Source: Chiloscyllium plagiosum
Taxonomy: Eukaryota
Reading direction: 5' to 3'
Assembly: GCF_004010195.1 (NCBI RefSeq)
Contig: NC_057719.1
Coordinates: 17,594,165 to 17,658,164 of the forward strand
DNA length: 64,000 nucleotides
The notes below the pieces were generated by a model. The model searched no databases. It had not been told where the DNA came from and was given only the letters and a program-made list of their open reading frames with translations. Each line of letters begins with the position of its first letter. The first letter of the stretch is position 1. Below, in pieces: positions 51,665-62,705 of the stretch. Position numbers and translations under genes: made by a program.

Positions 51665-53225
51665 ATAGAACATAGAACATAGAAAAGTACAGCACAGAAC
51701 AGGCCCTTCAGCCCATGATATTGTGCTGAGGAATATTCCTAATCTAAAATGAAATAATCTAACCTACAGATCCCTCAATTCATTGCTATCCATTTGCAGG
51801 TCCAGCAGTCGCTTAAATGTCCCTAATGACTCTGCTTCCACCACCACCACTGGCAATGGATTCCATGCATTCACAACTCTCTGCGTAAAATGCCTATCTC
51901 TGACATTTCCTTTATACCTTCCTCCTAATATCTTAAAACTGTGACCCGTCCTGTCAGTCAATCCTGCCGTGGGGAAAAGTCTCTGGCTATTGACTCTATC
52001 CATGCCTCTCATTATCTTGTATACCTCAATCAGCTCAACTCTCCATCCTTCTCTCCAGAGAGAAAAGTCCGAGCTTAGTCAACCTATCTTCGTAAGACAA
52101 GCCCTCCAGTCCAGGCAGCATCCTGGTAAACCTTCTTTGCACCCTCTCCAAAGCCTCTGTATCTTTCCTATAGTAGGGCAACCAGAACTGGACAGAATAC
52201 TCCAAGTGTGGTCTCACCAGGATGTTGTAGAGCTGCAGGAACACCTCGCAGCTCTTAAACTTGATCCCCCTGTTAATGAAAGCCAAAACACCATCTGCTT
52301 TCTTAACAATCCTGTCCACTTGGGTGGCAACATTGAGGGATCTATGCACTTGAACACCAAGATTCCTCTGTTCCCTCACACTGCCAAGAATCCTGTCTTT
52401 AATCCTATATCCAGCATTCAAGTTTGACCTTCCAAAATGCATCACTTCGCAGTTATCCAGGTTGAACTCCATCTGACATTTCTCAGCCCAGCTCTGCATC
52501 CTGTCTGTCACGCTGTAGCCTGCATAGCCCTCGATATTATCAATGGCACCTCAAACCTTTGTGTCATCGGCAAATTTACTAACCCACCCCTCAACCACCT
52601 CATCCAAGTCATTCATAAAAACTACAAACAGCAGAGGCCCAAGAACAGAGCCCTGTGGGACACAACTCACCACTGACCTCCAGGCAGAATACTTTCCATC
52701 TACAACAACTCTCTGCCTTCTGTCAGCCAACCATTTCCGAATCCAGGCAGCCAAATCTCCCTGTATCCCATACTTCCTGACTTTATTAATGAGCCTACCA
52801 TGGGGAACCTTATCAAATACCTTGCTGAAGTCCATATACACCACATCCACTGCTCAACCTTCATCGACTTGTTTCGTCATCTCCTCAAAGAACTCTTTAA
52901 GATTTGTGTGGCATGACCTGCCCCTCACAAAGCCACGCTGACTGCCTTTAATCACTCTATGCTTTTTCAATAGTCATAAATCCTATCCCTCAGAATTCAT
53001 TCCAAAACCTTGCTGACAACAGGTGTAAGACTGACTGGTCTATAATTGCCAGGGATTTCCATATTCCCCTTCTTGAAAAAAGGACCAACATTCACCTCCT
53101 TCCAATCCCCCGGAACAACTCCCGTGGAGAATGAGGAAGCAAAGATCTTTGCCAATGGTTTACCAACCTCCTTTCTTGCTTCCCAGAGCAACCTAGGATA
53201 AATTTGGTCTGGCCCTGGGGACTAT
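51665..53225 (-). mobile_element. Nested younger CR1 (RT domain to 3' end)
   Basis: GNYRPVSLT, DVVYMDFSKVFDKVPH, VPQGSVLGPLLF, SKFADDTKV; (CATAGAA)n tail. Confidence 0.95.
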
Positions 53226-53279
53226 CAAATATCATTGATTTTTTTTTAATGATGACTTCACCATTGTAGAATCATATCA

Positions 53280-53530
53280 CAGAATCCCTACAGTGTGGAA
53301 ACAGGCCCTTCAGCCCAACAAGTTCACACCGACCCTCTGAAGAGTAACCCATTCAAACCCATTCCCCTATCCTGTCACTCTACATTTACCCCTGACTAAT
53401 GCACCTAACCTACACATGTTTGCACACTATGGACAATTTAGCATGGCCAATCCATCTAACCTGCACATCTTTGGATTGCGGGAGGAAACCGGAGCACCCG
53501 GAGGAAACCCACACAGACACAGGGAGAATG
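53280..53530 (-). mobile_element. HE1-like V-SINE (5'-truncated), nested in CR1
   Basis: Reverse complement of V-domain and tail. Confidence 0.9.
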
Positions 53531-54044
53531 TAATAATGGACTCTAGCATCTTACTAATGAGCAAGGTCAGGATAACCGGCCTATCGTTTCCTGTCTTCTG
53601 TTTCTGTCCCTTCTTTAAACAGGAGTGTTACGTTAGCCATTTTCCAGTATTCTGGGACCTTCCGTGATTCCAGTGATACTTGAAAGATCAACACCAATGC
53701 CTCTACAATCTCCACAGCTGTCTCCTCCAGAACTCTGGGACGTAGTCTATCTGATCTGGGTAATTTGATCCACCTTCAAATCTTCCAGCTTCCCCAGCAA
53801 CTTCTCCTTGGCCATGGCCACTACACTCACCTCTGTCCTCTGACTGTCTTGAAGTTCTGGTGTGCTGCTGGTGTCTTCTACTGTGAAAACTAATGCAAAG
53901 TACCCATTCAATTCCTCCGTCATTTCTTCCTTCTCCTTTAGTACCTCTCTAGCCACATGTTCCAGTGGTTCAATGTCCACTCTTGTTTTTTTTTTACATT
54001 TTAGATATCGTTAAAAAAACTCTGGCAATATCATTTTTATATTG

Positions 54045-55153
54045 TTATAGAGATGTACAGCATGGAAACAGACCCTCCAGTCCAACCTGTCCATGCCGAC
54101 CAGGTATCCCAACACAATCTAGTCCCACCTGCCAGCACCCAGCCCATATCCCTCCAAACCCTTCCTATTCATATACCCATCCAAATGCCTCTTGAATGTT
54201 GCAATTGTACCAGCCTCCATCACATCCTCTAGCAGCTCATACCATACACATACCACCCTCTGCATGAAAAAGTTGCCCNNNNNNNNNNNNNNNNNNNNNN
54301 NNNNNNNNNNNNNNNNNNNNNNNNNNNNNNNNNNNNNNNNNNNNNNNNNNNNNNNNNNNNNNNNNNNNNNNNNNNNNNNNNNNNNNNNNNNNNNNNNNNN
54401 NNNNNNNNNNNNNNNNNNNNNNNNNNNNNNNNNNNNNNNNNNNNNNNNNNNNNNNNNNNNNNNNNNNNNNNNNNNNNNNNNNNNNNNNNNNNNNNNNNNN
54501 NNNNNNNNNNNNNNNNNNNNNNNNNNNNNNNNNNNNNNNNNNNNNNNNNNNNNNNNNNNNNNNNNNNNNNNNNNNNNNNNNNNNNNNNNNNNNNNNNNNN
54601 NNNNNNNNNNNNNNNNNNNNNNNNNNNNNNNNNNNNNNNNNNNNNNNNNNNNNNNNNNNNNNNNNNNNNNNNNNNNNNNNNNNNNNNNNNNNNNNNNNNN
54701 NNNNNNNNNNNNNNNNNNNNNNNNNNNNNNNNNNNNNNNNNNNNNNNNNNNNNNNNNNNNNNNNNNNNNNNNNNNNNNNNNNNNNNNNNNNNNNNNNNNN
54801 NNNNNNNNNNNNNNNNNNNNNNNNNNNNNNNNNNNNNNNNNNNNNNNNNNNNNNNNNNNNNNNNNNNNNNNNNNNNNNNNNNNNNNNNNNNNNNNNNNNN
54901 NNNACCTTGTTGAACACCTTACTGAAGTTCATATAGATCACATCTACCGCTCTGCCCTCATCAATCCTCTTTGTTACGTCTTCAAAAAACTCAATCAAGT
55001 TTGTGAGACATGATTTCCCACGCACAAAGCCATGTTAACTATCCCTAATCAGTCCTTGCCTTTCCAAATACATGTACATCCTGTTCCTCAGGATTCCCTC
55101 CAACAACTTGCCCACCACCGAGGTTAGGCTCACCTGTCTATAGTTCCCTGGCT
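54045..55153 (-). mobile_element. Nested young HER1-like CR1 with internal gap
   Basis: RGKSCLTNLIEFFEDVTKRIDEGRAVDVIYMNFSKVFNK; 3' end matches 48099. Confidence 0.92.
54279..54903. other. Assembly gap (N run)
   Basis: Run of n. Confidence 1.
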
Positions 55154-56533
55154 GCATTATTCTCATATTTCATCTTCTTCCCCCTCATTGATGTTATTTT
55201 AGCTTTCCTCTGCTAGTTTTTCCCAGTCATCTGGCTTTCCACTAATCTTCACCACATTTTATGATTTTTCTTTTGCTTTTATGTGGTGTCCTGACTTCCC
55301 TTGTCAGCAATTGTTGCCTCATCCTCCCTTTAGTATGTTTCTTCTTCCTAGGGACGAATTTCTGTTGTGCCTCTCGAATTACCCCCAGAAACTCCTGCCA
55401 TTACTGCTCCAGTGTCTTCCCTGCTAGGCTCCCCTTCCAATCAACTCTGGCCAGCTCCTCCCTCATGTCTCTGTAGTTACTTTTACTCCGTTACTAATGC
55501 TATTGCATCTGATTCCAGCTTCTCCCTCTCAAACTTCAGGGTATATTCTATCATATTATGGTCACTACCCCATAGAGGTCCCTTCACCTTAAGGTCCCTG
55601 ATCAAGTCTGCCTCATTACACATCACCAAATCCAGAATTGCCTCTTCTGTAGTAGGTTCTACCACAAGCTGCTCCAAAAAACTATCTCATGGACATTCCA
55701 CAAATTCGTTTTCTTGGGATCCACTACCAACCTGATTTTCCCAGTCCGTCTGCATTTGAGGTCCCTCATGATTATTGGGGTAGTGCCTTTCTAACATGCC
55801 TTTTCTACCTCCTTCCCCACATCCTGACAACTATCAGGAGGTCTGTACACAACTCTCATCTGTTTTCATTTGCAGCTCCTCAACTTCATCTACACAGAAT
55901 TCACACCTTCTAACTCTAAATCACTTCTTGCTATCAATTTAATTTCATTTCTTACAAGCTAGCCAACTCCACCCCTACTGCCCTGTCCTTTCCATAGGAT
56001 GTGTATCCTTGGATATGTAGTTCCCAGTCCTTATCCCTTTGCAGCCATGTCTCTGTGATACCCACAACATCATACCCAGCAATTTCAATCTGCACCACAA
56101 ACTCATTTTCCTTGTTTCATATACTGTGCTCATTGAAGTACAACACCCTCAGTCCAGCATTGACTGCCTCCCTTCTCATAGTTGTCCCTTCATTTGCTGT
56201 GCCTAAAGTTGCATTCCTGACCTTTTCATTGGTCCTATTGCTTGTTCTGGAATCATTAATCAATTCTGAGCCTTCTCCCTTTAATTTTAGCCATAATTTT
56301 CCATGCAACTGAACCCCGCATTATTTAGTCTAAAGTCCTACCCACAGCGCTAGTAATGCAACTCTCCAGCATTCTGGTCCCAGTGTGATTCAGATGGAGC
56401 CCGTTCTATCAGAACAGCTCCCTCCTTCCCCAGTCCTGGTGCCAATATCCCATGAATTTGAACCTGTTTCTCCTACATCCATTTATTTTATTCTATCTTT
56501 TCTATTTAGCTGAACTTTTAAATATAATTTTGT

Positions 56534-56724
56534 AGCTTAAAAATGTATTGCTGGAAAAGCGCAGCAGGTCAGGCAGCATTAAAGGAACAGGAGAATCCTG
56601 AAGAAGGGCTTATGCCCGAAACGTCGATTCTCCTGTTCCTTTGATGCTGCCTGACCTGCTGCGCTTTTCCAGCAACACATTTTTAAGCTCTGATCTCCAG
56701 CATCTGCAGTCCTCACTTTCTCCT
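56534..56724 (+). mobile_element. Hairpin PLE family-A mini-element with apical hammerhead
   Basis: 64-nt inverted arms 56534-56597 and 56626-56689 plus a 35-nt tail; TSD AATATA(A/G)TTTTGTA at 56521-56534 and 56725-56738. Confidence 0.92.
56591..56632 (+). ncRNA. Intact minimal hammerhead ribozyme motif with greatly extended stem I
   Basis: GAGAATC-CTGAAGA-A-GGGC ttat GCCC-GAAA-CGTC-GATTCTC; predicted cleavage after C56625. Confidence 0.8.
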
Positions 56725-56974
56725 AATATAGTTTTGTATTCTATCACACATCAAGAAGTATTTCCTTTTGCTGGCTAAAATACAAAATGTAAACACTATA
56801 CAAAAATCAATCATTTTATAAGAGATGTCACATCATGATGGAGTAACTTCTTGAAAGTATGAAAATATTGTAGCACATTCTCCCCTTTTTGAGTGACCTT
56901 GTGGTTTGGTGTGACCTCTGTACAATTCTATGAATGGACTGAGATTTGAATTCCGGCCTTTGCTGATTCTGATT

Positions 56975-57582
56975 ACAAAGAACAAAGAAAATTACAGCAC
57001 AGGAACAAGCCCTTCAGCCCTTCAAGCTGCACTGATCCAGATCCTTTAAACCTGTCGCCTATTTACTTAGGGTCTGTATCCCTTTGCTCCCTGACCATTC
57101 ATGTATCTGTTCAGATGCATCTTAAATGACACTGTCATTCCCGCGTCTACCACCTACGCTGGCAACTCGTTCCAAGGCACCCACCACTCTTTGCGTAAAG
57201 AACTTTCCACGTATATCTCGCCTAAACCTTTCCCCTCTCACTTTGAGCTTGTGACCCCTAGTAATTGAGTTCCGAGCTCTAGGAAAAAGCTTCTTGCTAT
57301 CCACCCTGTCTATACCTCTCATGATTTTAAAGACCTCAAATCAGGTCCCCTCTCAACCTCTCTCTTTCTAATGAAAACAATCCTATCTACCCAACCTCTC
57401 TTCATAGCTAGCACCATCCATACCAAGCAACATCCTGGTGAACCTCCTCTGCACCCTCTGCAAAGCATCCACATCCTTTTGGTAATGTGGCAACCAGAAC
57501 TGTGGTCAATCTTAGTGTCATCTGCAAACTTGCTTATCAGGCAACCAATACCTTCCTCCAAATCATTTATATGTATCACAAA
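56975..57582 (-). mobile_element. CR1 3' fragment with internal deletion
   Basis: ISKFADDTKI joined to the C-terminal RGIDRVDSKKLFP..FFTQRVVGA; (ACAAAGA)n tail. Confidence 0.9.
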
Positions 57583-57659
57583 TTGAATCTACTGCCTCAC
57601 TTTGGACCTCTCTCTTTTTGAGAATCTCATTTGAATTCTTTATTTTAGGAAAAATGAAA

Positions 57660-58095
57660 GAGAATCTTGCACTTATGCCGAACCTTTCATGAGCCAAAAC
57701 ATTCAAAACCATTTCACTGTTAGTTACATACATTCAAATTGTGTAGTCACTATTTTAATGTAGAAAGCAGATTGTTTATTTGTGCACAGTATGCTCCCCA
57801 GAACAGCAATATAATTATAAGCAGAAAGTCTGTTTTGATTATATTGATAGAGAGATAAATATCGCAAGGATGGGTAATAATTTCCCTGCCATTCTTTAAG
57901 GCAATATCATTTGATTGTTTTCCCCATGCACTTGACAGGAGAGATTGGGCTTCAGATTAACATCTAATTTAAAAGGCAGTACTGACAGTGCAGCACTGCA
58001 GTGTCAGCCTCAATTTCTGCACTCAAGTCCTGGAATACAACTTGTTTCCACAACTTTCCAACTCCAAGGTGAGGTGACTGCAAACTGAGCTGACC
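57660..58095 (-). mobile_element. Ancient Deu-type SINE
   Basis: Similar to 22590-22970; CTGACAGTGCAGCACT; tRNA-like end. Confidence 0.6.
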
Positions 58096-58174
58096 CTTAC
58101 AGGAAGAATCAGCAGATGGATGGGTGGATTCCAATCTGCAGGAGTTGGCTCCTATCAGTTAAAGTGGAATAGTA

Positions 58175-58315
58175 TAGACTCATACAGTTGTACAGCACAG
58201 AAACAGACCAGTCAGTCTAACTCATCCACGCCAACCAGATATCCTACATTAATCTAGTTTCATTTGCCAGCATTTGGCCCATATCTCTTTAAACCTTTCC
58301 TATTCATGTACCCAT
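58175..58315 (-). mobile_element. CR1 (HER1-like) 3' end
   Basis: TGTACAGCACAGAAACAGAC..GGCCCATATC motif. Confidence 0.8.
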
Positions 58316-59704
58316 GACACAGACGGAAGCTAGTGAGTAATTCATGGTCAGTTCACCAGAGTGACCATGCTCTCTTACATAAAGGGTCACATGTGTGGAG
58401 TGGAAAAGACAGTAGTTTAAAAACTGATGGGATAATTGTAGGTTTGCAACTATTCATTCTCTATCTTACTTTGTACCTATTTGCATTTGTTATATTTTTC
58501 TGTAGCAATTAGCCTATCACTGAGATATCCCTCTCTGGCATACAATGACACCTGTTCAGAGATGTTTTCCACAAGTTTCCTTTTGAATGACATAAAGCTA
58601 AATAATGCGTTCAGTTTAAAGAGCCCCTGTACTTCAACACAATATCTGTGAGCTTCCTAAAAGCGGCATTATGGAGAGAGGCCATTGTATTTTCCTACTG
58701 ACTTCAGTTACAAACATACCAGATAGGTATCTGGCCAATTGTCTGAACAAAGAGTTTCACGCAAGATGCCCAAAGCCACAAAGCTAAAGCTCAAAGTTAT
58801 TTTGAAAGGTTATGCAGTTCATGAAGACAACACCGTTTGCACTCAGGGCTCCAAACATTGATTCAGCTTGTGATAATTGATGAATATATTTTGCCAGAGA
58901 AAGAAAGCATTTCTTCGAACAATGCTGCTGATGGTATTATAGCAGTAGTGGCCTATTCAGTTTTTAAATAAGAACAACTGAAAGGTCGCCTTATCTTCCT
59001 CACACATTTCTGGTGACAATGGAATGTCTTCAGTCATACACTGAAAGAAGATTCTATCTCAAGTCAAATATAGTGTGGTCAACTAACAATCCCCAGGGTC
59101 TGAGAGCACAGGGCACTTTTTGTCACCTGGAAGTCTGGAAGATTTTTCGGCACACTATCTGTAATCTTCAAGAGCGCGTCTCTCCCCTAACCCCTCCCCT
59201 CCCCTCCAAACAACCTTTCCCATATGTATCAAGGTCTTTTGCATCTAAAAGAACAGAGGGTAGCTGGATGCCATTAGCCTGATTCAAGCTCAAGTATAGT
59301 CAGCTGTTCATCTGCATTGATGGAGGGGAGAGGAGGGGGAGAAAAAAGCCTTGGCTAAGGTCACATTAAAATGTATAAGAGCTTTATCCTCCAGCTGCAT
59401 TATCTACAGCAGCAGAGAGCAATGTCACTGGCCACAGTTTTGATGCTGGAACAAAACTGATAGCAGTACTTTCTTTGTCTGAAGGTTTCTCTGGTTGCTT
59501 TCACTCCAGGCCCTCAGGCGAATGTGGGTGACATTTCAGAGGCAGCACTGGACAGGTGGATGTTGGGGGGAGGGGGGAATGTGGTAATAAATAAATGGGG
59601 CATAAAAAACAAGCTCAACTGCTACCTGAGTGGCTCAGTCTTCAACCTGATGTCAACACAGCTCGAGATCTATTTCAAAGAGTGCTCTCAGGTCTTTGTC
59701 AGTG

Positions 59705-59813
59705 CAAAGTTAAAAATCACACAACACCAGGTTATAGTCCAACAGCACGAGCTTTCAGAGCACTGCTCCTTCATCAGGTGGTTGTGGAGTACACAATTGT
59801 AAGACACAGAATT
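59705..59813 (-). mobile_element. PLE family-B terminal repeat with intact hammerhead core
   Basis: Minus 59746-59780 reads CAC-CTGATGA-A-GGAGC agt GCTCT-GAAA-GCTC-GTG. Confidence 0.8.
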
Positions 59814-59942
59814 TGTCAGTGCAGTAATGGTCACAGGAAGTGAGGTTTACAGGGCAGGTAGAGGTACCACCAAGGGACTTGCAAACGTTGCCAGAAAGCT
59901 GACTAACTTTTCTAAATGAGCTTGAGCTGTATCAAATTTATT

Positions 59943-60157
59943 CGGTCAGAATTCAGATAACATCAGGTTACAGTCCAAAGGGTTTATTTGAAATCATTAA
60001 GCTTTCAGGGTGCTGCTCCTTAGTCAGATGAGGTGTGACATCACCTGATGAATGGGCAACACTCTGAAAGCTTGTGATTTCACATAAACCTGTTGGACTG
60101 TAACCTGATGTCATCTGACTTCTGACCTAATCCACCCCAGTCCAACACCACTGCCAC
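59943..60157. mobile_element. Palindromic PLE family-B-related mini-element with hammerhead motifs on both strands
   Basis: Inverted arms GTCAGAA..TTCTGAC; TSD ATCAAATTTATT at 59931-59942 and 60158-60169. Confidence 0.82.
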
Positions 60158-60614
60158 ATCAAATTTATTTGACAGTTTTGTAACTTTACTCTCTACATAA
60201 TGAATATAATTATCAGCTCTTTATTAAACATAACTATTTGTCCTTGTATTGAATTCCATTGACTGTATAGTGCAAAAACAGGCCATTTGGCCCATTGAAC
60301 CCATTCCCTCTTCTCTGCCCACCTCTTCACCTCACGCTAGCAACATATGTTTATGGAAGTGTCAGATTGGACAAGAGGAATGGTATGCTTCTTGGAGAGC
60401 AGAATCACTGAGGAAAGGTATACATGAAATAGAATAGACATTATCAACCAGGGTGTGGCTACATCCACTCTCCTCCAGTACAGTGCCAACACTGAACATA
60501 TTACCTCAGCCCCTGCACCTTTCAATGTTCCAAAGGAGCTATTCACTGAGTGGTGTCCACTGCTCAGTCATGACCAACACCCCCTCCCTTTCCTTAGACA
60601 GTTTTCCATACAAG

Positions 60615-60910
60615 GACAGTACGGTGGCTCAGTGGTTAGCAGTGCTACCTCACAGCACCAGGGACCCAGGTTTGATTCCAGTCTGTGTGGAGTTTGCATA
60701 TTGTCCCCATGTTTGTGTGGGTTTCCTCCCTGTGCAGTTCAGGTGGATTGGCCAAGCTAAATTGCCCTGTAGTGTCCAGGTGGGTTAGCCATGGTAAGTG
60801 CGAGGCTATGGGATAGGGTAGTGAGTTGGGTCAAGGTGCAATGTTCTTCAGAGGGTTAAAGTTGACTCAATGGGCCGAATGGCCTCTTTGCACATTGTAG
60901 AGATCCTATG
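60615..60910 (+). mobile_element. HE1-like V-SINE
   Basis: tRNA head, V-domain, CR1-type tail. Confidence 0.88.
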
Positions 60911-61703
60911 AAGTACAGGGATGCAATACCTGCCCTTCTTATCTTCACTCTTCTCATAAACCCAGACCCGGAAAACTCCTTCCAGAGATTTACGTGTAAT
61001 TTCCTCATTACAGAATACTGCATTTGCTGCTCATAATACATTCTCCTTAACACTGGGAAGATACCAAATGCAAATTGGGTTGTTGCATTTTTCATTTAAG
61101 CTCCCAATCTTGGTCAGGTCAGTGTCCCCAAGACCAGCTTGACACAAGCAAAAGGAACACCACCTTATCTGTCAGTCAAGAGTTTCACAGTTTTCTATAG
61201 TTTATATTTCATTCAAATATTGTCGATCTCATTTCACTTTTCTCCCACTCTGCCTTGTTTCTAATTGTTTTCCTTTCTCTCTTGCTGATTGGAAAGGATG
61301 AGCTTGACACTGGCTGAGGAGTCACCTTGCAGAACACAGCTCATTTTTCTTTCTCCTGTTACGTAAATTGGTGTGGTCCCTTTGAAATTTGGCATTCTCG
61401 CGTTTTGTTGTGATCAGTACAATGTGCAAAGTACATCCCCCTTTTCAGCAACAATCACAAGGAGATTTATTTACGTCTCCGACTGAGATCAGTCACCCCA
61501 ATGAGCTCTCTCTAAGAACAATTTAGTCAATCTCATTCTGTCTCTCTGGTTTATTTCCCTCAACTGCCATCCAATTTCCATTTGAAATTGGGTGACCTAG
61601 TTCAGGATAGGAATGGGGCAGGGTGGGAGGAGGGGTTCTGTATCCTGCTGAGTGGCCTCTAATTGGCAACTTAAATTGGCAAACTAGCTGCGCACCATTG
61701 ACC

Positions 61704-62705
61704 AGGCGATGTGGTGGCTCAGTGGTTAGCACTGCTGCCTCACAGCACCAGGGAATTTAGATTGATTCCACCCTCTGGTGACCACCTGTATGAAATTTGC
61801 ACATTCTCCCTGTGTCTGCGTTCCCTCTGGGTGCTCCGGTTTCCTCTCACAGTCCAAAGATCATAAGGGGCATTGGTAGAGTCAATAGCCAAGGTCTTTT
61901 CCCCAGGGTAGGGAAGTCCAAACTAGAGGGCACAGGTTTAAGGTGAGAGGGGAAAGACTTAGAATGGATCTAAGGGGCAACGTCCTCATGTCGTGCATGT
62001 ATGGAATGAAGTGGAAGTAGTAGAGACTGGTACAATTACAATATTTAAAAGATATTTGGATGGGAATATGAGTAGGAAGGACTTAGAGGGAAATGGGCAA
62101 AATACTAGGTTAATTTAGGATATCGGGTCTGCATGGATAAGTTGGACCAACTAATGAAGGGCTCCTGCCGGAAATGTCAATTTTCCTGCTCCTCAGATGC
62201 TGCCTGACCTGCTGTGCTTTTCCAGCACCACTCTAATCTAGACTCTGATCTCCAGCATCTGCAGTCCTCACTTTTGCCGAGTTGGACCAAAGGGTCTGTT
62301 TCCATGCTGTACATATCTAGACTCTCAGATTAGGTGGATTGGCCATTCTAAATTGCTGGAAAAGCACAGCAGGTCAGGCAGCATCCAAGGAGCAGGAAAA
62401 TCGACATTTCGGGCAAAGAAGGGCTTTTGCCTGAAACGTCAATTTTTCTGCTCCTCGGATGCTGCCTGACCTGCTGCGCTTTTCCAGCACCACTCTAATC
62501 TAGACTCATCTCCAGCATCTGCAGTCATCACTTTTTTGCCATTCTGAATTGCCCATAGCATTCAGGGATGTGCAGGCTAGGTGAGTTAGCCATTGGGAAT
62601 ACAGGGCTACAGGGATGAGGTGGGTCTGAACGGGGTGCTCTTTGCAGGGCCATTCTGGACTCAGGGGCCGAATGGCCTGCTTCCACACTGTACGCGTTCT
62701 ATGAT
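61704..62705 (+). mobile_element. HE1-like V-SINE split by nested CR1 (61861-62325) and two PLE mini-elements (62151-62279, 62357-62537)
   Basis: SINE halves rejoin when the inserts are removed. TSDs AGTTGGACCAA (62140-62150, 62280-62290) and GCCATTCT(A/G)AATTGC (62342-62356, 62538-62552). Confidence 0.88.

Larger units (their letters stand above)
50365..56480 (-). mobile_element. Long degenerate CR1 LINE (ORF2 APE endonuclease to 3' end) split by nested insertions
   Basis: APE start LRVLYFNEHSI (~56120), ILDLVMCN..GSDHNMIE (~55550-55630), linker EELNGYFALVFTVED (~53900), RT and C-terminus at 50365-51660. Confidence 0.85.
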
